A DNA stretch of 64,000 nucleotides, from NCBI GenBank assembly GCA_977030845.1, contig OZ365110.1, forward strand, positions 25,482,001 through 25,546,000, written 5' to 3'. The notes beneath the pieces were generated by a model. That model worked only from the letters and a program-made list of their open reading frames with translations, made no database searches and had not been told where the DNA came from. Below, in pieces: positions 1 to 12,528 of the stretch (its first letter is position 1; every line of letters starts with the position of its first letter). The stretch is from Fimbriosthenelais zetlandica (lineage: Eukaryota). The translations under genes were made by a program, and so were the position numbers.

Positions 1-32
1 ATTCTACAGAATTGTATGATTTGAGAACTTAC

Positions 33-1254
<1,222 letters not shown>

Positions 1255-1297
1255 TTTTCCTTCTTGTACATGGAACGGCCTTTCCCTCCAAAACAAA

Positions 1298-1530
1298 CTT
1301 TCCCGGCTTTTTTCAATGCATGCCGGGATCGCTTCGCTGACCTCGACCTTTTTTTATCCACATTCAAATGCATTCCTAATAATAGAATGAAATTTGTTCA
1401 TATATTTTTTCGCGCATGAGAAAATTATATTTAAATAAAAGTATGATAGATAAGTGTTTATTTGAGATTGATTCATCTTTGATGTATTTCCCGCCATGAT
1501 GCCCATATATGGAAAGCATGACGTCATGAG
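1298..1530. promoter_or_regulatory. Bidirectional promoter between ZNF367 and SERBP1 with E2F, CArG and CRE motifs
   Basis: TTTCGCGC at 1408-1415, TTTCCCGCC near 1487-1495, CArG box CCATATATGG at 1503-1512 and CRE TGACGTCA at 1519-1526, all within the 400 bp between the divergent ATGs. Confidence 0.55.
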
Positions 1531-1654
1531 TTTAGATATCCCAGCATGCATCAGGTTTAGAGAGACCAATACGCCATATTGAAAATAGCAGGGTAAGCCT
1601 TCCACAGCCTCTCGGCTCTTAAATCCATTGCCATCCTCCACACAGAGGGCAACA

Positions 1655-4600
1655 ATGGAGAATCATTACGGTATAGCCGTCAAGAATAAGTATGACTTAT
1701 TCTTAGACGATGATTGTGACCCCTACGAGATCCTGAAGACGCAGGAAGAGGCAAAACAGAAGGCGAAAACGGACAAGACGAAAAAGGATGCCAAGAACGA
1801 AAAGGCCAAGTCTGGCAAGAGCAAAGCTCCGAAAAAGCCAGCTCCCCCCGCTGTAGAACAACCGAAAGGTGTCGACGTGAACGCCAACAAGAAAGAGGGT
1901 AAGGAAAATGCCTCCCAATTCTTTATTAAGTGCGTCATTAATTAGAAATGTTGAAAATATATATCTCGTTTGCTTGTCATTTTTGACGGCCATGCTGGAA
2001 TAAACTTCCCCATGCCTGAGCAACCCTGGGAATACACATCTTATTTTACGCCAATTAAAAGCTCTGCAAATGAAAGCAAACCTCATATCTGATGTAAAGG
2101 TGATCCATATACATAAAGCGATATATTTTAGTTGCATTAGTTGGTCGGGATGAGGTGTACAATGAAAAAAATATTTTGACAGCCGAGACCATGTGACAGC
2201 TCCCCATGCGCTCGTCATGGCGGACCAAGTCCAAGGTGAGGTAGAGCAGCTGTCAACATACTCCGTCTATATAAATACATTATGCATACATTCTAAAACC
2301 TCCCAGTTTTGCCCGGTGACCAGTTGTCAATGTAATGTTATGATTTGGAGTTAGTGGGATGCGTGTATTAGTTGGGGCTGGTGGTAAAACTGGAGCGGTC
2401 TTATTGTGTTGCTGTCTTATGGTCGTGTGGAGACTTGTTCCCTATTTCTTGGCACTCCCCATCAATGCTGGCACGTGCTCGCCCCTCATTTTGTATTTTA
2501 AAATGATTCGTTCACATTAGTTACCGTAATTAGTCTATAACAAGGACGTATCTTAGCTATTGTGTTTTAAACTGAGCCATTCCTTTAGTTAAATTAAATT
2601 TGAGCAGAATTATCAAGAATTATAATACTATAGTATGCAATGGTTACTTTATGGTGCATCTAGACTCTAGTTCTACGACGTACATTTCAAAATAATTCTT
2701 GGGTGGACTCGCATACCGGTACTCAGAACCTTGGATCAAAGGTCTGGATCTGCGAAAATATATTGGCTGAATATGCATTGAAGGTGGAATGGCTGTGTCC
2801 TAATGACTTTGAGATAGTCCCTCTAGGCTCTATGATAATCGCCCGCATGCATATTGATTTACTCTTTATTCAGTCAATATCATTGAACATGAAACGAGAT
2901 CACAAAGCCTAGCCCTACCATTCGCTGAATTAATGTATTCGACAGCCTAATGCGATTCTACATTTATCATAATGTATAAACATTGAATACACTGACAAGT
3001 CCCTCGAAGTAGTCCCTTTAACACTTCGAGAAACGGGTGCTTATTTTCCGGCTTTTTGAAATTTTAATCAGATATCTTTTTTTTTTAGAACAAAAGCCTC
3101 GGGGACGGGGTAAACCGACAGATGGAGAACGGACTGGAAGTGCCCGACCTTTCAGAGAATCAGGAAACAGAGAAGTGGACAGACCTCCCCGGCGAGAAAG
3201 ACAAGATAAGGAACGTGGCGAACGACCCCCAGCAGAATTTAGGTAATATATAGCCTACTAATATACAATCACAATTTTATACATTTGGCTTTTTCTAAAA
3301 GGTGCCAAATTCTTAGTCAATGATCCATCCTTCCAATGAGTCATTGACCGGTGAATTGTTACATTGGCAATGTATAATCTATTGTCGGGAAGGTGTACAT
3401 TCAAGATTTTACTGCAACGGATTAACTTAATAATGTATTGACATAATATGGTTACATACCCGAAACCCAGCGGCTCCAAGCCATTCCCAGCTGGATACAT
3501 AAGCCACTTATGTCAAATATTACATAATGATCATGTTGGTCGCTTGGTAATTTGCTTCTCTGGGTCAGTATACCAAGTGTTGTCCATATAAACCAGTATA
3601 ACAGAACAGGCAAAAATCCTTCGTCAAATGTTTACAATATATATCATTTATATTGACCTACATCAGTTAAATTATCTGGTTAAAGATTGTTTTAAAATCG
3701 AAAACCATTTGCTGCGGTTTGCCTGGTTCTTTTATGGTACCGGTACTTTGAAGAAACAAATTTGCAAACCAGTTATGTGGTCGGGTTTTTTTTTTACCTT
3801 ATTCCTGTATGCAAGTTTGTGTACCACTTTTCAATTAATACCTTTATTACCATTAGTAGGCCTACTCAAATTTAACTTCATCACAATTTTCAGGGACAGA
3901 TCTGACCGACCTGAGAGTAGCCGAGGCCGAGGACGTGGTGGTGAACGCGGCGGCCGAGGGCGAGGTGGTGGTCGAGGACGGGGAGGATTTGACCGCTTTG
4001 GCAAACGGGAATTTGAACGACACAGTGGATCTGACAAAACGTAAGTGCTTAACCAGGTTTGCATGCATTTATTAACCTTGGCTTTATTGTAGAAAATATA
4101 GTTGTTTTGCTAGAGATTTGGTTTGAAAAACCTAGGCATGACCTATGACACCTGCTTGAAATGAAGATAACTCGTATCAGCTGATAACCTGTGATGGCTT
4201 TACCGGATTCTGATCGAGCTTGGCGGTCTTGCTTTTTCAGTTATATTTCATTTATTTTGGTGTGTGTTTTAAGTCTTTACAACTACTGTGGCTCCTGGAA
4301 ATGACTTGATTAGAAAGGCAGATATAATAACCCTATTAAATTGCATCCAAATCCAATCCTTTAGTTCCATTTATTAATAGTTCAAAAACAATTTACCACC
4401 TGGCGCTTGTGCGCCCTTAAATGTTCTGGAATGAGTACTGATTATTTTTTGAGACATTTATGAGGAGTCTCTTTCCATGCCTTTGTTACTCATTTCCAGT
4501 GGCATCAAGGCAGTGGAGAAGCGTGAGGGTGGCGGTGCTCACAACTGGGGAACCATCAAGGATGATATGGAGTGAGTGAGGAATAAATCATTTAGCATCT

Positions 4601-6408
4601 TCATTAAAATTTAATTAAATTTAGTAATTTAATAATAAATTGAGGTCGCTAACATCGTCCTAAGTGTTGCTAATAATATGGCAATAGTTTAAATGTTCTT
4701 TTGGGGGTGAAATATAAGTGGTTAAATAATTTCACTGTTGGTAATTTATCACATTTCCACTAACACCTTAAATGTTTTGACTTATTTATGTGCAAGTAAG
4801 TAAAGGGATCGATATATTCAAACAAACATTTTCATTTCCATCATGCTTGCCACCCCTCCACAACAGAAAGGAAAAGGCCAGGTCAGTAGCATCCATTTAC
4901 ACAGAAATGTATCTCGATCTTCATTTCATGGGCAAAAATTCTTGATTTTTTTCTCACAATTCGTTGTTTGTGGTGGCAGGCCATGAACCTAAAATATTGG
5001 AAATGTAAATTTAAAAAACGGAGCAGAACTAACGATCTGCCACACTAACAAATTTTCCTTTTATGCTTCTCTATTAATGCTAGCCAATTTGTCAATGTAG
5101 CCTTTTTGAATCTATTAGATCGTTTTGTGCACCATGTCAATATTTGATTTCTGTAGTCAACTCGGCACAACATATGAGGGGCCTAATTATTTTCACTATA
5201 ATCCCCTGAATGTAAAGCAACTCCTGCAAATCTAAACTAACAAATAGACTTTGATTTATCTACGATTTAGCCAATCTATGCTATGCTATGTCTGCATGCT
5301 TACAGTTCTCTTGCCTTGCACTCCCTACCTTGTAAAAAAAAAAAAAAAGGTACTTGTTGGATTGAATACCTTCCCACAAATATTTTACTGATGTTGATGT
5401 ATTTCATTCTTAATTTTTTTAGCACTGAGCCCCTGAACGACTCGGTTAACGAAGAGAACCCAGAATCCGCTGACACAGAAAACCAGAACCCCAAGTAAGT
5501 AATAAAAATGAAAAGTTATACCAGAGGTTTTATCGGGAAGGGTTTTCATTCCACCAAGGCATAAGAGCCACATTTCTTGACGAGGAATGGCTGTATAGTT
5601 CCAGGATTATTTAATTATAATACTGTAAACCATGCGAAAATATCCCATACACGTATATTAAATGTCAGTATAAATTTCAGTGCCGAACCCGAGGAGGAGC
5701 CACCAGTTGAGGAGGAAGGACCCAAGGAGATGACTCTGGACGAGTGGAAGGCGCAACAGACCCTGGAGCGGAAAGCAAAGGCACAGTTCAACATTAGGAA
5801 AGCTGGCGAGGGTGTGGATGGCGGACAATGGAAAAAGACTTTCGTTCTACAGAAGAAACAACCCGAAATTGAGACTGACGAGGAAGAATCTGAGGACGAA
5901 GAGGTTAGTACAAATTTTGTCGTCTGAAAACAAAAGGATGTCCATTTATGAATACTTCTCATACTGTACGTCTGCATGAAACGCGTTCCTGCGCATCCTT
6001 CTTTTATCCAGGTTCACATTGTTTAAGACATATTTAAAAACTCATTTAGAAACCTATTAAAACAAACATAAATTATTTTGCCAGGAAGAGGACCCACGTC
6101 AGAAGAAGAACCTCCTGAATATCGAGATCACATTCAATGACCAACCACTGCGAGGACGAGGTGGACGTCGTGGTCGCGGTGGTGGCGATCGTGGGCGTGG
6201 AGGCGGCGGTCGCGGGCGCGGTGAAGAACGCGGTGGCGGCGGCGGCGGCGGCGGCGGCGGTGGTCGTGGCGACCGTGAACGCGGCGACCGCGAACGTGGT
6301 CGTGGATCGTTTGGTCCGCGGGGCGGTAATCGCGGCGGCGACCGCAGCAAGGAAGTGGCTCCTCATTTAGAGGACGAGAACGACTTCCCAAGCCTGGGAG
6401 CAAAGTAG
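1655..6408 (+). CDS. SERBP1: SERBP1/HABP4 (Vig, PAI-RBP1) family RGG RNA-binding protein; exons 1655-1898, 3089-3242, 3894-4040, 4500-4571, 5423-5494, 5681-5903, 6085-6408
   Basis: Contains [62 protein letters not shown] boxes and the terminal DENDFPSLG motif. Splice phases are consistent. Confidence 0.93.
4154..4219 (+). ncRNA. Candidate box C/D snoRNA in SERBP1 intron 3
   Basis: Terminal stem GCTTGA/TCGAGC, C box ATGAAGA (4161-4167), D' CTGA (4181-4184), C' GTGATGG (4191-4197) and D CTGA (4210-4213). The 12-nt guide GCTTTACCGGAT (4197-4208) is complementary to the conserved 28S rRNA segment ATCCGGTAAAGC (recalled sequence). Confidence 0.75.
6232..6262 (+). repeat. (GGC)n trinucleotide tract encoding poly-Gly within the SERBP1 RGG domain
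   Basis: A run of about ten GGC/GGT codons in the last coding exon. Confidence 0.9.
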
Positions 6409-9400
6409 ATCTTCTAAAGGCAGACCATTGTCATGGCTGAAGTTTACTTTACAGCCTCCGTACAAAGTAGTCTGGGCCTCGTTAATCTACAAAATACCTT
6501 AATGGATGATTAGCCTGCGCTGTGGAAGGGTAGGCGGCCAATGAGACCAGGTTGATGGAATGGCTTACCTTGTGGAAAGTGGAAAAAAAGAAAAATGAAA
6601 AAAATGACACTTTAATAGGAAACATGACACATCATGGATTTGAGATGATTTCTCTAGCGTGCATCATGGTTACTGATGTTTGTAATTATAATTGTAAGAT
6701 ACACACTACTGGACGTTTTGTTATACAATGAGTACATGTATTACAAACTCCATGAATTAGAAAATTGACCATGAGGACTAATGGTACCAAACTAGCAGAT
6801 GTTGGCAACTTCTAGGACCGTGTACAAAATGTTAAAAGTATTTGATTAATAGCAGGTGTCCCTGGTGCTCCGTGCCACATGGACTGACGACACCCACCCC
6901 CTGGTTATACTTTGCTATTTTTCTATATTATATTATGTACTTCCCTTCGGATTGATGTGACTGGGTACAAATGCATGTGTGATGTGCTGTCTGAAGGAAA
7001 CCAAATTTAAATGGATAAGAATGTCGTACCAAGAAAGCATATAGTAAACCTTTAAAAAAAACTGAAAAATTCCATGCAAGGGAGTCTCAGAAATAATAAA
7101 AAATGACCTTGTATATTAAAAGAAACAAGTGTTCTTCGTTGATCGACTTGGTTGCTCTCCATTTTCACAGTGGATGGAACACTTTACCTTGGCAATGAGT
7201 TGCTGGCTGGCCAGCCCCTGTTTTCTATCCATCTATATTTTCATTTATTATACCATTTAACAGGTAACACTTGTATGGGCTTACCTTAGATTAATCATAC
7301 ATTATGGACGTTGGCTAGCACCTTTTTTGGAGTATTTATTATTACGGCAGAGGCCGGCAAACATTGGTTCAGATAGCAGTCTCCATGGACAGTTAACTGA
7401 ATATCCAGAAGGCGCAGCATGATGTACTACTCTCCTCGCTCAGGTACCTTAGTACATGCACTGCTAGGTTCCCTATTGTTTTCGTGACATACGTATCCAA
7501 TTATGTATTATTTTCTACCAGTAATAAACATTACAAATTGAGATGTGGAATGGATTGAACGCTTCAATTTATCAAGATATTTCCTTAGCCAGTACAAACC
7601 ATAGTCTAACTGCTGGTCCGATGACCTTTTAGACCTCTAGTCCTTAATTTCGATTTTGCCCTTGAAGTTAGAATTTGTATTAAATTTAAAAAGACACTGG
7701 ATATATATAGTTGGCAATGTGCTCTTTGTAAGAAGCTGCCTCCGATAGACAGCAAATGCTATTTATTCTTAAATAATATTTAAGGACTCGTACCAACTCG
7801 AAATTCGAAGGTAGATAACTCGGCAAAATAGACTCACTGACTCCCTCCAGATTTTAGTGTTATACGTTCTTCAGATCCAGTACATATACCTGGAAATATG
7901 TGTTGCACTAAAGGCAACAGTATTAAAAGCTGCAGTAATACCCCCTCCCACTCCAAAACAAAAAAAGAAAACTACTAGGCTATAATTTTTACTATATGAA
8001 TTCTCGCATACATGCATAGGGGATAACAATGCTCTTCAAAAGGAATAACAACGATCCATATTTGTTTGCAATTTTAATTTGAATAAGACAACACAGGTGC
8101 ATCCACATGAATTTTATCATTCTATACACATGAGTCATCATGTCAATATGATGTATAGACACTAGATTCAAGTTCCAATCTAAGCATACACAATGCTGAC
8201 AGAGTATCACAACGTTATTTTCACAATACATTGTATATCTCCCCATTGAGTTCTGAGCACTATCAACAGCCAATGAATACTGGGTAAAGTAAATAAAATA
8301 TGTTCCTCCAAGTTGCGGGTCGTAATACCATGCAACAGTCAGGGATTGTGGAATAATGGATCCACACATTCTTGCCATTTTGGTATCAATTTTTTCTATG
8401 ATAACAAAAGCAATGTTTCCACATTATTGAAGTCGGTCGTTTTCAGCTAGACTCCTATACACTGATGTGAAGGCGTGATAAATAGACTATCACTAAGGTG
8501 TACTGGAAATTAAAAGATCAAATTTCCCAGCAGAATACCCACAAAAGGTAAATATTTTAGGTACCTGTACAAGTACTTTACTTCAGTTTTCAAGAGATGT
8601 ATGGGCCTTAGCCAAGGAGATAAAATTAACATATATATTATATTGGTGAACAGATTCTCGTTCTAAGATACATACAAGCCTACCTCCGATTTAAGTACAG
8701 TACATGGTATGTTGTACACATTTCACAGAAACACATTCAACAGATGGGATAAATGCTGAAGGAGATATATTTCAATATAACTTCATTTGAATCACGCTCA
8801 ATGAAAGGAAGAGATGGGAGGTTGTTCTATCCCAGATTTGAGGTAAAGTCCATATATACATGTATATAGCCTACAGTATATCCCTTGAAAGAATTATTCA
8901 TAATTGGTGTCAAAGTGAAATAAAGAAATGAAAAACTATCAGTGGGATTGGTTCTTTTATGTAACGGCGAACCCAACGTTTTGTTTATTTAAAAGAATAA
9001 TTAGAAAGAAAAGAAAAACGTAATTTAATCATATTCCTAGAATTGGAATTTTTCAAAAATTAAATGAAACTACGAGTCTCATTCCGGAAACATTTTGCTA
9101 ATAAAATATTTACTCACTTAGTATTTAATTAAATCTAAAATCTTATTTAAGTAGGATCCTTGTATCTCGACATAGAAATTAATCAAAGAAATAAATACAC
9201 ATGAAAGTAGAGCAATGGTACAAGAGAGTATATCTCAATAGATCATGAAATATAATGTAAATTAATATGGTGAACTTAGTAAGTAGAAGTGATCAATTAT
9301 GATTTATCATGGGACAATACAGCTTCGTAAACACCCTCATTAAGTAGGGTAGACCTCTGAATAGAGAACACTTTTGCACAGTCATGTCCTTGAGGTATTG

Positions 9401-9477
9401 TTTACATCCACCGCCGAATAGGGGACACCTCCATAGTGAAGATATTTATAGTGAAAATTTCATTGTAATTATTATTT

Positions 9478-12086
9478 TCATTGTGATTGAGGAATGGGGC
9501 AATATTGAACGACTTGTCTTTCAGCGATTAGAGATCTCGGTACCTTCATATGGCATAGTATAGGTAAAGTATTGGCTTTGGGTATAAACGGGGGAGGGGC
9601 TCTCCACTCCCATTTACACCGTCCCGGACACTGGTGATTCAGATGACAAAATGATTCTGACCAGTCCGAGACAAACTTGTGACCTTTATAGAAAACAGCC
9701 CCACCTGGCCAGGTGCAGCTAACGGTAGTGAACAGATCTTGTTTGGAATCAAAACTGGGAACTCCAGAAGATCTGCAGGTCCATAGACGATTATCAGGAT
9801 CATAGTGATAAGTCATTCTGAGGGTGGAAGGATCTGCGAGGATGATCTCACTATCTGAGGTGTACAAGGCATGATTCTGTGTGATGGGGATAGGGTTGCC
9901 CTCTTCATCAGAAGGCCCCTGTAACTGCTCCCATGTATGACTCTCAGGGTCATATCTATGGAACTGGGCTTCAGTGGCGAAGATAGCACCGAAAAGATCA
10001 ATTTTAAAGGACATAACTATGTAAATAAAATCTCCATGGGAGACAGCTTTGAGGATTTGTTTGGGAGGGCTGAGGAAGGCCGTGTTACGTTGGATTTGCG
10101 AGAGGGCGGTCCAGCGTTGTTCATCTAGATCATAGCTTTCACCAGGAGTGTCGCCACTGATGATATACAGTTTATTAGAGTGAGTGATGACTGATTGGAC
10201 GTTGAGGTGAGTGTGGGAGGTGGGAGGGATGGTTGACCAAGTCATCGTTTCCATGTTCAGGCAGTGTTCCTGTGGGATATAACCTCGCTGGCATCCTCCA
10301 ATTATGTAGAGCTGAAAATGAAAAAAACGGATATAATTTCATATAAAAAAGAAAATAGACCATAATAGAGAAAAGGGAAAATATAAGGACAATGTGGATT
10401 GACACTGTTGAATATAACTAATCCTAAATTTATCTCACTGGTTTTTAACATACCTTATGGCCATGCTGTACCATTCCATGATTCTTCCTTTTCTCGGGTA
10501 ATTCAGGTAAAGTAATCCAATGATCATCTTGTACAACATAAGCCATGTTATTTAGTTGATCCTCAAATCCATTGACTACAATCAAGTCTAATAGATCAGT
10601 GGTTGTGACATCCCTCGTTTCATTCTGTAATCTCTCACTTGGATCCACCCTGGACCTTTTCTTGGGAGGTCCATCTCTTTCTTCTACTAAGACCAAGCCT
10701 CTAGTGACGGTAGCAGGTGATGAAGTTGGGGAGTGAGTCTTCAGGAGATCATTTAGCAACATTTTGCATTTCTTATTTGTCACAATCAGTTCATGGGTCA
10801 GCATTTTGCTGATAACAGAGTTGATACCAGGAAAACTTTGTTTTTTCAGAGCATCATAGACAATATTTGGAAACATTTTGTCATGGAAAACAATTTCTCT
10901 GCCCCGCCTTTCATACAGCACCCACTGAGTTAGGAGATCAAGAAGGAGAGAAGGCTTGATGACTTCTTTCACTTTTTTATCACCAAGAATTAACTGGATT
11001 TCATCTGGGAAGATCGTACACAAATCACTAGAGTGTTGGAGGTAATCTTCTAATCGGGACATGACCACGCCCCTTGCAGCTTCATACACTTCTTGTAGGC
11101 AATACATATGAGCAGTTATCATGTATTCAACACAATTTTCCACATTGACTGAGTTGAGAAGAAGTTTTCTGATTTCATCTTTTAACTCGTCCATGATGAG
11201 GTAGTCAGCAGCGTGTAGTAAAGCTTTTAAGTCTTCCACATTCACAGCTTGGCATGTTTTCGTTGGTGAGGGTGTCTGACTCGTTGTAGATGAAGGTTGA
11301 GACGCATGTCTGGACCCCACAGCAGCTGATGTGCTTGCCGTTGGACCTGCATTTTGATTCCTGTGGCTGTTAAGATTTAAACAACCAGTGTAGACATACT
11401 CCAGGACCTGTTGGAGAGCGCCTGATGTGATTTCTGGAAGGTGGACGACCTGGGCATTGTTGAAGGATATGTCTTTCTCGGCATGTAGAGCTTCAAAATA
11501 TTGACTGCATGTGACCAGAACGCAAATATGGGCTCTGGATTCTTGACCTGCAATGGAAAATATTTAAGTTTTTTTTTTAATAAGCCTAAACTTGTGCATT
11601 GCATGGTTTAAATGTTTCTTTGCTTCTCCAACGCAATCACAGGCAAAGTCTTCACTTTACATTTTTATAGGGCCTACTTATGAAATTATGTAGGCCTACT
11701 GTAGGCCTACCTGTTGTCGTGTTGAACAGGTTAGAATATAAATAAATTAATTAAATAAAACAAACACATAGGCTAATCACCCTCCCCCTTTTTTGATCAG
11801 GATAGGTAGACTGGTGGTGGTTGTAAAAACATCATCTTATTTTTATAGTTATGCTATTATTCAACGCAGAGTCGAAGGTAGCTGCTGCTATACCGAAAAT
11901 GAAAGCTTTCTATTAAAAAAAAAAAAAATAGGGCCTACCTTGCGAGATGAGTGTGATGTCACACACTTTGCCCAACTTTCGCTGCTCATTCAATCTCCGG
12001 AGAACCACGGCCTCGTGTGTCTTTATCTCCTCTACTTCAGGACATTTTGTCGATCTATTATGTGGTTCAATCACCCGACCTTCCAT
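9478..12086 (-). CDS. BTB-BACK-Kelch (KLHL/KBTBD-like) protein, about 691 aa; exons 12086-11939, 11547-10454, 10311-9478
   Basis: Contains LRRLNEQRKLGKVCDITL, RAHICVLVTCSQYF, ALQQVLEYVYTG, LLHAADYLIMDEL, BACK NVENCV and degenerate kelch repeats (LYIIGG, RYDPESHTWE). Phases 1 and 0 join the three exons in frame. Confidence 0.88.
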
Positions 12087-12193
12087 AATTGGAGTGCATA
12101 GGGATAAAATTCACTTATAATGTACGTTTAGGCCTACTTACAGACTTGTCAGGAAGTAGCCTACTGAGTTTTGGGAAACCCCTTTCTCGTCAC

Positions 12194-12210
12194 CGGAAGT
12201 GACGCAATCA
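12194..12210. promoter_or_regulatory. ETS-CRE composite motif in the Kelch/GTF2F1 bidirectional promoter
   Basis: CCGGAAGTGACGCAAT lies between the divergent ATGs at 12086 and 12529. Confidence 0.5.
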
Positions 12211-12528
12211 AGAGGATTCCCCTGGATGGTTTGCAGGTGCCCGATAACTTTTTGTACATTTTCTCCATTATAATCACGAAGTTAGTGAGATAAACGACCA
12301 ATAATGTTATGATTCTCTTATTTTGTATTCATAAGACTATTTAATTAGTCAAATTTCCATTGATTCGTGTACAGATGTGCTCTGATTATGCAGGGCCTCA
12401 TGTTTACAACTGATGACGCGCGAAGAAGTTGCAGTGAACAGACCGGTGGAAAAGAAATCGGAGAAGAGAAATCGGGATTAACGTATTCTCCTGTTATTTA
12501 ACAAACTGTCTGTTTAGATCAGAACATC

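Noticed and set aside
6073-6403. Poly-Ala, poly-Pro and Arg-rich ORFs on both strands
   Set aside because: These are shadow frames of the GC-rich SERBP1 RGG exon.
7992-8378. 128-aa minus-strand ORF between SERBP1 and the Kelch gene
   Set aside because: It has no recognisable motifs, AT-rich non-coding composition and no supporting splice structure; it is probably UTR or intergenic.
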